NCBI GenBank assembly: GCA_965206595.1
Contig: OZ242214.1
Location: forward strand, 3,936,001-4,000,000
Length of the DNA stretch: 64,000 nucleotides
Origin: Candidatus Latescibacterota bacterium
GTDB lineage: Bacteria; Latescibacterota; UBA2968; UBA8231
Direction: 5' to 3'
Under the pieces are notes generated by a model. It searched no databases, was not told where the DNA came from, and was given only the letters and a program-made list of their open reading frames with translations. This document shows positions 1-11,353 of this stretch, piece after piece. The position numbers were made by a program, and so were the translations under genes. Each line of letters opens with the position of its first letter. The first letter of the stretch is position 1.

Positions 1-103
1 GGAAGGTCAAGGAAGGACGGTTTAAGAGAGGGGCAGGACCGGAGTGCATCGGGAGCCGTATTCGTACCTGCATGTTGAGCGCGGGCCGCGGACCCACCCG
101 CCC

Positions 104-1513
104 CTAGTAAGCGCTCTCCTTCGTCGTCAGGGGGCACCACCTCGAGGTCTCGAGGAACGGCAGCACCGCCTCCCAGGCCTGCCCGGTGCCGATCCGCAGC
201 AGGGCCTGTGCGGCGTCGCCGCGCACGTACCGGTCCCTGTCGTAGAGCACGTCCCGCAGCGCCGGAACCGCCGGCTCCGCGTGCGACCCCAGCCGGACCA
301 GGGCGAAGGCGGCGTTGCGGCGCACGCGGTCATCCTCGTCGCCGAGGGCGGTGGCCAGCGCTTGGGCAGCGGCCGGCTCCGACTGGGCGACCGTTCCCAG
401 CGCTTCGGCGGCCTGGGCGCGGACCTCGACCGACTCGTCCTGCAGCCGCCGCGTCAGGGCCGGTACGGCCGGCCGCGCCGCCAGGCCGATGTCCCCCAGG
501 ATTTCGGCGGCCTCGGCGCGCTCGTGCGCGGCTGCATCACCCCGCTGCAGCGAGTCGATCAGGGGCTCGACGGCCGCTTCCCCGATGGCGCTCAGGGCGT
601 GGCAGGCGTTGCGCCGCAGCTCCTGCGAGTCGTCGCGCAGCAGCCGCGTCAGCCCGGGGACCGCGGCCGATCCAGCTCCTTTCAGTGCGTAGGCGGCCCG
701 CAGTCTGGCGGACTCGCAGCCGTCACCGAGCTCTGCCAGCAGCTCCGGCACCCGCTCCGCCGAATCCGCGGCGCACTGCCCGTTGCCCGCACCGTTGGCC
801 GTCCTGCCGCAGTGCCAGTCCCAGACGTGCTCGTACATCTTCCGGTCCGGGGCGCCGGGTGGGTCGAGAGGAAGCGGACTGCCGTCACCCGGCCAGCCGG
901 TTCCCTGGTTCAGCCAGCTGGGCGACAGCGGCTCCGCGGTGCGCGCGAACAGGAACTTCATCATGAAGCGCTGGCGGTCGCTGCGGTTGGGGCTGGCCCG
1001 GTGGAAGAGGTCGTAGTGGACGATCGCCACGGTCCCGGCCGCGCCGCACAGCGGCAGCTCCTCGGAGGCGGCCACCCCTTCCCCGGTGGCGTAGTAATGG
1101 CTTCCCGGCACGATCGCGGTCGGGCCCAGCTCCTCAGGGGTATCCTGGGGGTAGTAGAAAAGCAGGATCCGTCGGGTGTGGTGGGACCACCGGCTGCTGC
1201 CGTCCTGGTGCAGATTCTGCCCCTTGCTGCCGGGCGGATTGAAGTGGCAGTGGCGGTGGGGCTGCGAGTAGTAGCCCTCCCCGAGGATGCTGGTCAGCGC
1301 CCCCCGGACCTCGGGCGCGTCGAGGATCTGCTGCACCGCCGGGACCCTCGGCAGGAGGTTGTTGCCCGGGTTGCCCTCCTTTTCGAACACCGTCCCGGTC
1401 TCGCGGTAGATCCTCTCGTGCAGGCCGGCGGGCAGCCCGGGGCGCACGACCACGTATCCGTTGACGATGAAGTGCCGCAGCTGGTCGTCGGTCAGGAGTG
1501 TAAGCTCGTCCAT
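104..1513 (-). CDS. Phytanoyl-CoA dioxygenase (PhyH)-family Fe(II)/2OG domain fused to C-terminal HEAT/PBS-lyase repeats
   Basis: N-terminal LTDDQLRHFIVNGYVVV, HxD motif (LHQDG), GPTAIVPGSH, distal His (FHRASPN); C-terminal repeats such as VRAQAAEALG and VRRNAAFALVRLG. Confidence 0.85.
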   Translation of the reverse strand: MDELTLLTDDQLRHFIVNGYVVVRPGLPAGLHERIYRETGTVFEKEGNPGNNLLPRVPAVQQILDAPEVRGALTSILGEGYYSQPHRHCHFNPPGSKGQNLHQDGSSRWSHHTRRILLFYYPQDTPEELGPTAIVPGSHYYATGEGVAASEELPLCGAAGTVAIVHYDLFHRASPNRSDRQRFMMKFLFARTAEPLSPSWLNQGTGWPGDGSPLPLDPPGAPDRKMYEHVWDWHCGRTANGAGNGQCAADSAERVPELLAELGDGCESARLRAAYALKGAGSAAVPGLTRLLRDDSQELRRNACHALSAIGEAAVEPLIDSLQRGDAAAHERAEAAEILGDIGLAARPAVPALTRRLQDESVEVRAQAAEALGTVAQSEPAAAQALATALGDEDDRVRRNAAFALVRLGSHAEPAVPALRDVLYDRDRYVRGDAAQALLRIGTGQAWEAVLPFLETSRWCPLTTKESAY

Positions 1514-1919
1514 TCTCTTGCAGTCCTTTCTCTATCTGGCAGTCCGCGAAAAAGTCGCTTTGGACCGAGACCCGGTCACCTGCCGCGGGTCCGAGCCCTA
1601 CGGGTGGGCGACCAGATAGGCTCGGCGATTCCGGAGCCACCCGGATACCAGCGGCGAGCACGAACCGGTGTCGAAGGCCGCGAGAGACCACCTGGTTGTC
1701 TGGCACCCGTGTATGAAGCAGGAACGGCCGGCGATTGGGAGCCACCCCGGAGACCAGACGCGGCCGAACCGGGGCCGGAGGTGGCGAGGAAATCGACCGA
1801 CCAGAAGATGTCGGGCGATTCGGGCAAAACGCCCGGGCATGCAGCGAAAGGCCCCGACCCGATGAAACCGGAGACCGCGCGGAAATCCGTTTTTTCCGCA
1901 GGGCCGCCGGGCCACCGGT

Positions 1920-2972
1920 TCACAGCAGGTCCTCCAGCACCTGGATTCCCAGGTGCTCGATCCAGCCGCCGTCGAACCACTCCGGGTTCTCCCCATCGGG
2001 GCACTCGAGGTAGCGCAGGGTGTGGTAGCAGTAGACGCGCGGGTACTCGATGATCGCGTGGATCTCGGCCATGGCGGCGCAGTTGGGGACGCTGGGGTAA
2101 GGGACGACCGGGTTGCCTTCGAACTTGGTCCAGACGAAGCCGTCCTCGCTCCAGGCGTAGCCGATGCTCTCGCGCACGGTCAGCCGCGCCTTCTCCGCCT
2201 CCTCCGAGTAGGGGCCGCTGCCGAGGTGGGAGGGATCGCTGACCCTGGCGAGCTCACTGCCCCCGTAAAAGGCGTGGAACAGGCCGTTGTAATGGAGGAC
2301 CTCGAACTCCGAGAACCCCCCTTCGTCCCAGGCGCCCTTCTCCCCCTCGACCAGCGCCGGCTCCTCCCCGACCTCCCAGGGCCCCTCGAGGCGATCGGCC
2401 GTGGCGACGTGCATGCGGCCGAAGTCGAGCTGAACGGTGTCGGGCTCGGTGCCGAACATGAACCACCTGCCGTCGACCTCGACCAGCCCCGCAGGGTAGC
2501 ACATGCGCTGGTGTCCGATGATCGGGTTCCCCTCGTACTTGATCCACGGGCCCAGCGGACTGTCGGCATATGCGAGCGAGACCGACCACCCCCAGCCGAA
2601 AGGGCTTTCCCCGCAGGAGAGGTACACCATGCAGAAGCGCCCGCCGTCCCTGACGACCTTGGGACAGGCGACGAGACCGCTCTCGTGCGGACGGCCCGAC
2701 CGGGTCAGGACCGGAAGCTCTCCGTGCTTCCGCCACGGGCCGAGCGGGTCAGGCGCGGTGGCGACGAAGATCTGGTAGCCGGTGTCCGCCCAGGTCGAGT
2801 ACGAGTGGTAGTACCAGTAGTAGATGCCGTCCACCCTGATGCAGTCGCCGCTTTCGAGGACGCGGTCGTCCCAGGAGCCCGGCTCCCCGGTGACGATAGC
2901 GGGACAGGGCCCCACCGTGTGGGTGAATCCCCTGGTGAAAAGCGGACTGTTCGGTTCCGGGTTCGGGATCAT
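1920..2972 (-). CDS. Five-bladed beta-propeller glycoside hydrolase-like protein (GH43/32/130-like)
   Basis: Repeated GEPGSWDD/GEKGAWDE, PLGPWRK/PLGPWIKYEGNPII and IGYAWSEDGFVWTKFEGNPVV motifs; start set at ATG 2972 because the longer ORF overlaps the SDR gene. Confidence 0.75.
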   Translation of the reverse strand: MIPNPEPNSPLFTRGFTHTVGPCPAIVTGEPGSWDDRVLESGDCIRVDGIYYWYYHSYSTWADTGYQIFVATAPDPLGPWRKHGELPVLTRSGRPHESGLVACPKVVRDGGRFCMVYLSCGESPFGWGWSVSLAYADSPLGPWIKYEGNPIIGHQRMCYPAGLVEVDGRWFMFGTEPDTVQLDFGRMHVATADRLEGPWEVGEEPALVEGEKGAWDEGGFSEFEVLHYNGLFHAFYGGSELARVSDPSHLGSGPYSEEAEKARLTVRESIGYAWSEDGFVWTKFEGNPVVPYPSVPNCAAMAEIHAIIEYPRVYCYHTLRYLECPDGENPEWFDGGWIEHLGIQVLEDLL

Positions 2973-3106
2973 CTGTCTCTCCGGTGGATTGGCGTTGCAG
3001 CTGAGCTCCCCGGGGCTTGGCAACCGGGCGCAACGGCGGGTCCGGGAATACACCTCGAAGAAAAACGGACAGGCAGCAAAATGAGGCGCTGTCCAGGGAG
3101 AGGACG

Positions 3107-3919
3107 CTAGCGCTGCCTGCCGACCGCCCTCTCTATCAGGGCATCGGCGATCCGGGGGCTGAGCAGGCTGAGCCAGAGCAGGGCTTTCAGCTTCGGCGGC
3201 ATGAAGAGCTCCCGCTGCCGCTTCTCCATCGCCCTGACGATGGCGCGGCAGGCCTCGTCGACCGGAATCGCGTCCCCGCTGTGCTTGCGCGCCGCCTGTC
3301 CCAGGACGCCGCCGTCCCTGCCGACCGCCCTCTTGCGCAGGTCGGTCCCGGAGATCCAGTGGGGCAGCACCGTAAGTATGTCGACCCCCGCATCCTTCAG
3401 CTCCAGGCGCAGCGCCTCGCAGAACCCCTGCAGGGCATGCTTGGAGGCGACGTACCCGGTGTGCTTGGGCACCCCGATCTTCGCCTGGATCGAGGTGATG
3501 GCAACGATCATGCCGCGGCTGTTCTTGAGGTGGGGCAGGGCGTGGTAGATGCAGTTGACGGCGCCGAGGTAGTTGACCTCGGTGAGGCGGCGGAAGATCT
3601 CGAGGTCCTCGACCTCCTCGAAGGAGGTCCACATGCTGATGCCGGCGTTGGCCACCAGGTAGTCGACCGTGCCGAAGCGGCCGGCGCACACATCGGCCAG
3701 CCGCTTGCAGTCATCGGCCTTGGTGACGTCGCCTATCACGGCGACCGCCTCCGCGCCAAGCTGGCGGCAGCGGGAGGCCACCTCTTCCTGCTGCTCCGCC
3801 TCGGGTGAGAACAACGCCAGGTTCGCTCCCCGGCGGGCCAGCTCCAGGGCGAGGGCGGCCCCCAACCCGGAGGAAGCCCCGGTGGTGATGATGCTCTTTT
3901 TGTGGAAAGAATCTGACAT
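3107..3919 (-). CDS. Short-chain dehydrogenase/reductase
   Basis: TGASSGLG, NAG and YVASK (YxxxK) motifs. Confidence 0.92.
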   Translation of the reverse strand: MSDSFHKKSIITTGASSGLGAALALELARRGANLALFSPEAEQQEEVASRCRQLGAEAVAVIGDVTKADDCKRLADVCAGRFGTVDYLVANAGISMWTSFEEVEDLEIFRRLTEVNYLGAVNCIYHALPHLKNSRGMIVAITSIQAKIGVPKHTGYVASKHALQGFCEALRLELKDAGVDILTVLPHWISGTDLRKRAVGRDGGVLGQAARKHSGDAIPVDEACRAIVRAMEKRQRELFMPPKLKALLWLSLLSPRIADALIERAVGRQR

Positions 3920-4207
3920 CTCGCTTCAGGCGTTGTTTGTCAGGCTCGCTACGAACCTCGGGAAATTTGCGTTACAGGCGGCCAGCTGTTCGGGGGAAGC
4001 ACCTCTGCCAGACCCGGCAATGAACCATGACATGGCTGCTCTCGCCGCGGGCTGCAAATCTACGAAGATGCCAGTGTGGATACAGCGCCGGGCGCGTCCT
4101 CGACGCTGGTCCTGAGGCGGGCTTCAGGATGCGGTACCAGTCGACTCGTTCTCCGGCGACAGCTGGAGTTCATCCTCTACTCGGACAGTTCCGAGCGTGG
4201 AGGCGTC

Positions 4208-4729
4208 TCATGAACCCCTGTCCGACTGTAAGGCAACCGACCCAAGAGGCAGGAAGAGCCGGTTTCGCTGTCCCACCAATGGCATGAAACCGAATGCCCG
4301 GTAGAACCCTGAGGCCCGCTCGTCCTTGGCATCGACGACCAGGGCATGGATGGCGATCTCTTCACTCACCGCCAACGCCCGTTTCACTGCGTCGGCCAGG
4401 AGCAACCGGCCGATGCTTTGCCCCTGGATGTCGCTGGACACCGCCAGACGGCCGATCAGGGCGGCGGGAACCGGATGGCGGGGCAACCTGAGCGCCTTGT
4501 CCGCAGGCAGGGCACTCAATTCGATCGACAGGGAACTCAGGGTGTAGTAGCCGAGAACCGCCTCGGAGCCTTCCTCACAGCACACGAACACGCGCGCGAC
4601 ACGCCGCCGCGGGTCCTGGCCGGCCCGGGTCCGGAGATACGCGTCGAGGGCCTCGACCCCGCAGGAGAACCCCGCTCGGTCATGGCGTTTTGCCAGCGGC
4701 GCGATGGCAAGTCTGGTGGAGGGCGTCAC
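4208..4729 (-). CDS. GNAT-family acetyltransferase toxin (AtaT/TacT-like)
   Basis: HDRAGFSCGVEALDAYL, VPAALIGRLAV, QGQSIGRLLL, VVDAKDERASGFYRAFGF; overlaps the upstream antitoxin. Confidence 0.9.
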   Translation of the reverse strand: MTPSTRLAIAPLAKRHDRAGFSCGVEALDAYLRTRAGQDPRRRVARVFVCCEEGSEAVLGYYTLSSLSIELSALPADKALRLPRHPVPAALIGRLAVSSDIQGQSIGRLLLADAVKRALAVSEEIAIHALVVDAKDERASGFYRAFGFMPLVGQRNRLFLPLGSVALQSDRGS

Positions 4730-5013
4730 TCCGGGGAGACGCGGCGATCATGCTCCTTCAGTGCCGCTGCTAGCCTGGGATTCATCCGTGGCGGCTGAAG
4801 GAGCGCATCGAAGAACACCTCTGCATCCCGGCGTTTCAGCACCATCGTCTCGTGCTTCCGGATCGTCTGCTCCGCCTGGGCAAGAGCACTGGACAGAATG
4901 AAGCTGCTCGCGGTCTTCCCCTCGAAGCTTGCCGCCTGCTCGATCCGCTTCTTGGCCTCCGGGTTGAGGCGAAGATTGAAACGCTCGCTATTGGCTGTGG
5001 AGGTCTGGGTCAT
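4726..5013 (-). CDS. DUF1778 ribbon-helix-helix antitoxin (AtaR/TacA-like)
   Basis: SERFNLRL..KKRIEQAA..SSFILSSA..FFDALLQPPRMNPRL; 4-nt overlap with the GNAT toxin. Confidence 0.9.
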   Translation of the reverse strand: MTQTSTANSERFNLRLNPEAKKRIEQAASFEGKTASSFILSSALAQAEQTIRKHETMVLKRRDAEVFFDALLQPPRMNPRLAAALKEHDRRVSPE

Positions 5014-5048
5014 ATCATTCTTTCGTTTTTGGTAATTGCCGAGTCATA

Positions 5049-5077
5049 AGTGTACGTCGATATGGTGCCTTGATCAA
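5049..5077 (-). promoter_or_regulatory. Putative sigma70 promoter of the DUF1778-GNAT operon
   Basis: Minus strand reads TTGATC-17 nt-TACACT, about 35 nt upstream of the antitoxin ATG. Confidence 0.6.
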
Positions 5078-5524
5078 GACTGGGGATGATCCCTCACCCC
5101 AGCAGCAGCACGGTCTCGCTGTTAAGGAGGTTGGGGACGTGATACGCGCGAGAGTGACGTAGTGCATCGTTCGACAGGCGTTTTACACAAGAAGTGCCCT
5201 TTCAAATCCCCGCTCATCGAGCCCGTTGAGGGAGACCGGCGCCGCGCGGCAGCTCCGGCTTCGCTGGAGATTAAGCCCCGTACGTCTCATCAGGCCCTTC
5301 CCTAGAGAGAGCCAGAAACGCAAACCCACAGGCACCACAATCCACCCGGCGGTACTAAGGAGTGCAGTGCCCCAAGGTATCCATGGACAGTTTGGCAAGC
5401 ATGTCCGGGCGCCCGGGGAGTGTCCACTCGAGGTAGCCCACCCCGCCGAAGTCGAACGGCATCCAGCCGGCTTGGGAGCCGGAACGACCAGCGGCTTTTT
5501 CACCACCTTCGGCGATGCGGAGAC

Positions 5525-7427
5525 TCAATACGCGATGGCGACGAGGCGCTGGGCGCAGTCCGTTTTGGTGTCGGTTTCGACCTCGAGCTGCAGCAGGTAG
5601 AGGCCCGGTGCCAGCCGGCCTTTGTCGCCGGTGCCATCCCAGAAAACGCTGGAGGGTCCGCTGGCGGCGCTGCCTCCAAGCCCGACCCCACCGACCTGCC
5701 GGCCTGTCAGATCGTAGACGGCGATTGATACGGGCACCGCGCCGCTGAGATTCATCAACTCGTCGACTGATCTGGAATGGTGGTGAGGGCTACCCGTGTT
5801 CGGTTGCTGTCGTTCAACTCGTCTGCGTCCCCCTCGGAGACCGGTTGCGGAACCTCGAACGGCACGTCGCTGTCGGAGAGCCGGGCTGTGAAGGGGGTGC
5901 TGTAGTCGTAGACCTGGGCCTGGAAGGTCAGCTCGATGAGCATTCCGTTATGGTTCGAACCGATTCGCGGAATCCGCGAGGAGAAGCCCCTTTCATCCTG
6001 CGACGTGACCGTCAGGTCGAGGTCGGTTCCGTCCAGACGTGCCACGACTTCGACGCCGACGATGCGCCCCGGGGTGTCGATGGAGATGACGTCGAAGCCG
6101 GCATCGCCGGGCTCGATCCGGGGCCGCACCTGGTAGGTGAAGGAGGTGACCTCCCCGGCGGCGGCAGCGAAAGGGGCGATCTCGGCTGTCGCACGAGTGA
6201 CCAGGGGTGGCGAAGCCGCGAACTGCAGGTAGTCGACCCGGCCGCCCGACTCGGGGGTGGAATGGAAGGCGCCTTCGAACTGCGCAAAGCGGCGTGGCCG
6301 GTCGGCGTTGGGGTTTCCCCTTCCGGCGAGGAAGTCGTAGGGGGTGTTCCAGGTCACCCAGTTTTCGTTGTCGCGGGTGACGTCGCCTTTCTCGCTCGGA
6401 TCCAGGCGCTGGTACTGGGCGCGCGTGAGAGACGCGCCGGACGTGGAAAAGGGGACCTGTTCGTCCCCCCGGAAGGTCTTGCGCCAGTACAGGTTGGGTT
6501 GGTCGTCGTCACCGCTGCGCATGGTGATGTCGACGCGGGTCTACGGGTCTTCCCTCTGCTGTCCAGCCCAGGTCAGCTCTCCCAGGCTGAGCGCTTCGCC
6601 AAGGTCGATGACGTTGGACGTATATCTCGCGAACGGGGCCAGGCCGGCGGCGTAGATCTCGAATTCGGCAACCTCCCACCACAAGTCTCCCCTGGTCGAA
6701 AATCCGGAAGAGCAGGCGCCGGGTGGAAATGGAAGGGAAACTCAGATCGACCACCTCATGACCTGGACCCTCGTGTGCGACATCGAAGTCGTAGTGCATC
6801 GCCGGGTTGACGGTATTCGCGTACGACAATTTGTATGGCCGTGTCTCTTCCTTGGCAGGGTCTCCGTCGCTTGTGGCGATCAGAAACCGGGGCACCGGAT
6901 CCTCGCCTCCGGAACGGCACGTGGCCGCTGCCCTCCAGCCAATTCCACACGTGACGAGGGTGCCGTCATCATGGCGAGTGTTGAAGTGTATGCGCTCGAG
7001 GTGTACCTGCCGTTGCAGATCGAACAAATAGGAAATGCCGGTGTCGTCCGTGTAATGAGGAATCGGTATCCCCGTCGACCATACGAACCGACAACCGGCG
7101 ATACGAGGATCCTGAACGCGCAGCGATCTCCCACTTTCCCCCCAGGTAAAGGAAGTTCTCATCCAACGTGGAGGGGGCCAGATTCACATTGGAGTCCATG
7201 ACCTCCGGAGTGATCGAACCGGGTTGGAGATTCAGGCTGATCGAATCTCCAAAGCGGTTGTCATCGACATCCTCCCAGTAAAGTTGCACGAAATCGAAAG
7301 CCTTCCCCTCGAGGTCGGGCTCCGGCACATCTGCCCCGCCCAGACGATATATGGTCAGTGCCTCTCCCGTGGTGGCCATGCAACCCACCACAAGAGCGAT
7401 TGCCGGGAGTCGAAGGTCGAAATGCAT
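5525..7427 (-). pseudogene. Frameshifted secreted protein with C-terminal FlgD-like Ig domain
   Basis: Signal peptide at 7427; consecutive overlapping fragments 6969-7427, 6509-7162, 5755-6522 and 5525-5758; C-terminus VYDLTGRQV..WDGTGDKGRLAPGLYLLQLEV is FlgD-Ig type. Confidence 0.75.
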
Positions 7428-7545
7428 TGAGTGGGTCTCGGAGATTCAGCAGGCGATGGAGGCGAGACGCCCAGGCGCGGGTGTCGGGCGCCTCACTGGT
7501 TGCATCAAACTCTGCAATTCCCGGACGGTCTGCAACGGGTGGACC

Positions 7546-8495
7546 CTATTTTTCGGAGATATACCGGCCGCCCATTCGGCTGTGCTGAATCAAACCGAAT
7601 GCAATGGTGTTTACGTACAACCGGTTGGAAGGACAGGGTAGCTCCTGATTGAAGTGAGGTGCCATTTGTATGGCTGCCAGACGGTTGTGAATCTGCAAGG
7701 CGTCCAGTGGCCCGACCGCAGGACAGACCCCCCCCCTTTCGATACTCGGTGACGTCAAAAAAGTCATGGAAAAGTGGATGGCCCAGTTCGATCTTCACGA
7801 TTTCCGCGCTTTCCCCGATTTGGGAAAGATGCTCCTGTAGTGTTGGCAGATCGGCGCCGATGACAAAACCACCCATGACCAGGTATTGAGCCAGAACCTC
7901 ATTTGACACGACTCCAATATGAGAAAGCAAGACGACCGGATACTGCTTCATCTCACTTAAATTCAATTTATACCGGTAAGGGTAGAGATGGATCGTCTCT
8001 TCGACAGGCACCTTCCAGGGTATCCGCAAACCTCGTTTCATGAAATCTAGTGTATTGTACAGGACCTTGGTACCATGATATTCCCATTTGTCTTTTTTTG
8101 GCCAGTTGTTCCAGGCGGGCAGATTGCAGATATGCCTTCTTCAGCTTTCCTGTATCCGGATCGATAAGGACGACCGTGCGTTCCCGGCTTATTGCATCCA
8201 ACTCCACCAGGTCGGGAACAGTCCGGATTTCCGACACGCTTTCCGGAAAACCAAAGCCCCTTTCGAGGGTGTCCGCGGCAACTTCCCCGCGCTTTTCTTC
8301 CTCCGGGAAGGCACGGCCCTCCGCTACCGGGATTTCGATGTCAGGAAAAACAACCGAGTCTGCGGGTGCCACCGTTTCGAGATCGGGTGGCCGCGTTTCC
8401 GAACGCAGGCGATCCAGTAACTGACGCGGAACCGGAATCGGCAGGGTCAGCTCGAATCGTTCGGGCTTCACTCGGGCGGCAAAGCGCACATTCAC
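7546..8495 (-). pseudogene. Frameshifted, 5'-truncated hypothetical protein (possibly DUF4159-like)
   Basis: Three successive frames (7968-8495, 7505-8041, 7546-7767) with probable shifts near A7 and G8 runs; motifs YLVMGGFVIG, HPLFHDFFDV, NRLYVNTIAFGLIQ. Confidence 0.55.
8344..8477 (-). repeat. Direct repeat copy A (partner 13981-14114)
   Basis: About 134 bp with about 8 mismatches by eye; both copies encode ARVKPERFELT..RQLLDRLRSE..DSVVFP. Confidence 0.9.
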
Positions 8496-8519
8496 CGCGT
8501 CTTCTCGTAACCTGAGTCC

Positions 8520-9177
8520 TCAAGCCGGCCATTCTTTTGGACACGGATCGTCCACCGGGAAGCTGAGAGTGACTCCGCCGATCCAGGACAGGATCCGCCG
8601 GTGCAGGTGCACCTCGAGGTCGAGGATGGAGGCCCGTTGCTCATTGACGCGGCTCATGCGCAGCAGGTGGCAGGCGAACAGGGGGGCGTCGGCACCGAAC
8701 CTGCTGATTGATTGTATGGTCACACCGGTCCTGCTCGAACAGAGTGTCTCCAGCAGGCTGCGGATGCGCACGTCATGCCCAACCCCGATGCCCTGGGTTT
8801 CCGGTTCCAGCTCTTCGTAGTGGTCGCGAAACTCCGAGGACACCTCCCTGAAGAACAGCAGCAAGAGCACCTGCCGGTCGAAGGAATGGGACCACCTGCG
8901 GATCGCTCACCTCCAGTCGGGCCTCGGAACCCCCCCCGAGGCGCAGCAACTCATGCTCCGAGATATCGAGCTGCTGTCGCAGCTTTTCCGTCGGGATGGC
9001 CTCCTCCGGGTCGATGCACATGCCGGAGCACCAGAGCCGGCGGCTCCGCTGGCGCACAAGGCGCCGCAGCCCGCCGCATTCCAGCTGCAGAATAGCCTCT
9101 TTCAACATCGCGTCGAGAAACTCGGGGTTGGACTTGAAACCCCGCACCCGGAGAAGGGGTTGCGCCGGGGCCGTCAT
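8520..9177 (-). pseudogene. Hypothetical protein split by a frameshift (8773-9177 and 8520-8870)
   Basis: Two overlapping protein-like ORFs with a purine-rich RBS-like sequence before 9177; family not recognised. Confidence 0.4.
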
Positions 9178-9636
9178 CGCCCCGCCCTCAATGAAACCGT
9201 GGTCTTCGAGCCTGTGCGGGTCAGGGGTTCTCTGGTAGGCATGTCGCTGCTCCGGGGAATGGGTTCGCTCTTGAAAGCAAAAAGCGAACCCGTTGTCCCG
9301 GGAGTGCGACAGATCATGTCGCGGCGTTCACCTTTTTTCCGGGAAGTGTCTTGTAGCCGAGTCCGATCCCGGAGCACCGGACTCCGGGAGGGTTGGACGA
9401 AAGGGAGGCAGCGAGTTTGGTCGAGGTCGGGTGAGCACAAGGGTCATCGGCTTTGCCCGAAACCAAAGCGGTGTCGGTCGGACTGAAGATTCAACAGCTC
9501 CTCTCCGGTGCCGCCCCGCTCCCTTGCTTAGAACCAGACCTATTGAGGTAACTGTTTGGCTATGCCACTGATCTGGGCCTCATAATTCAGCTTCATCTTG
9601 GTCCTACTCCATCTTTTATCGGATCTCCCTTGAAGT

Positions 9637-10320
9637 TTATTTCCGGGTCCATTCTTCTTCTTCCAGAAAGCGAGTAAACAGGTCGCGCCCTCTTAGGCCT
9701 CCGTAAATTTGACAAACCCTGTTCCACGAGGGAGAGCCCGGATGGGGCGTATCTTGGAACGGAATACCGTATCCGGGAACGATTTTCTTGGCGTAGCCTG
9801 CGGCGAACCTCGAGGTGACGATCACCAACTCCGGCCGGTGATCCAGGATAAACCAGCGCAGGACTTGCCCGGCTACGTCGACATCTTGGGACACCAGGTT
9901 GCCCTTCATGCTTTCGCCTTCCACCGCCGGACGCATGAAGTAGTTGTAGAAGGCAAGGTGATTTAGCGGGAAGTTGTCCGGTGTCACACCACTTTCCCTT
10001 AGTATTCGACAGGTTTCGTTCTGGATCGCCCGGTAGATGCTGTGTGCCCGGTTCCATTTTCCGGTGATGCACCCAATGGTACAAACCCATCCGGCTTCTT
10101 CCGGGCACAGATCTTTTTGGCTGCTGCGGTACCACCGATCAGGATCCTGGTGGATGTTGGATTCCTTCGGTAGATAGTGGCTTTCACCGATCACCAGCAG
10201 CCGTTTGTGGCGGTGGTCACAATATCGGCTGCCGATCCAGGGTCGCATACAGGGAAACCGCTGCAGGTGTTCCGGCAGGGCAAGGTCCGTGAAAATCCGG
10301 TCTCTTTCCAGAACTTTCAT
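9637..10320 (-). CDS. Uracil-DNA glycosylase-superfamily-like protein
   Basis: PWIGSRY..RLLVIGESHY, AFYNY, RPELVIV and TPHPGS motifs; GGAGGT RBS; lower GC than flanks. Confidence 0.6.
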   Translation of the reverse strand: MKVLERDRIFTDLALPEHLQRFPCMRPWIGSRYCDHRHKRLLVIGESHYLPKESNIHQDPDRWYRSSQKDLCPEEAGWVCTIGCITGKWNRAHSIYRAIQNETCRILRESGVTPDNFPLNHLAFYNYFMRPAVEGESMKGNLVSQDVDVAGQVLRWFILDHRPELVIVTSRFAAGYAKKIVPGYGIPFQDTPHPGSPSWNRVCQIYGGLRGRDLFTRFLEEEEWTRK

Positions 10321-11353
10321 TTCTGTGACCTCCAGTCGGGAAACCTATTTTTGATTGCCCGCGATTGAATGTCCATTATTGTATTCGAATCAATTTTAAA
10401 CAAATCGTGCACGCTTCAAACATGGAATCGTTTGTTTTTCGGCTGAACCGATCTTTCCTTTACCAAAACGGGCAAGGGGCAAACATGAACCCTCCCGAGC
10501 GCGGCTGGACGGGAACATCCAAGACTGCGACCAACAAGACGACGTCTTTCCGTTCAGCAAAAATACAGGTACAGCCCGAGGACGATCAGAAGGATGGGAA
10601 AGAACAGCGCCCGGAAAACGAGCGCCAAGAGCAGCAGCCGTGGGAGAGCTTTGGCTTCCCGGTAACTGCTCCCCTGCTCGGGTCATTCTTCCCCCGGGTT
10701 GTGGTGCCCTTTTTACCTCCTGCCCGTGAACTATAAGTTGGCTTGGCCCCCATGTCAATCAACATCTTGGCGGGTTCAATCCTGATCGGATAGGGAAGTC
10801 CAGGAAGACCCCACGCCCTTCCGGTGGCTGCTTGCACGAAACCCAGGTGGCGATGATCTGATCTCAGGAGGCGTACCGAGGATTGCCCTCGTTCCGACCT
10901 CGTGGCTGCGCACAGCCAGCACTCGCGACACCAGTTCCTGAATCTCCCAGGTATACCGGGACTGAGACTCCCAGCAGCGCAACGACACCTGCCCACTCAG
11001 GGGAATCAGGCCTGTCCTCATTTCCGCATCCCTCCATGATCAGAGCGGGGGGCTTTTCCGTCTACGGAGTAAAATGTCCCCGCCCATGTTCATCGGACCC
11101 CAAGGACCAATATCGACCCCCAATCCCATTGCTCTGTCCCTGTTCCATTCTTTTTTTCCCAGTTCTTCGGGAAACTCGCACAGCGCATGGGCACCAGGGC
11201 TCGATTCTCCGGACATTCGAAGGCTTCTTCCCTTGACGCGGAGTTACTGATACGATTACGTACGGAAAAGGTTCCGTCCTGGACAAGCCGGCGTCAGAAA
11301 AAAGTGAATGGCATGCGAAATCCCCGTCATCCTGACCTTTGGAGACATCTATC

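Noticed and set aside
44-2053. 669-aa plus-strand ORF
   Set aside because: Antisense shadow of the PhyH-HEAT gene; Arg/Pro/Gly-rich with no motifs
5290-5380. GCAAACC-containing stretch reminiscent of a c-di-GMP-I riboswitch
   Set aside because: The required paired stems and GNRA loop arrangement were not found
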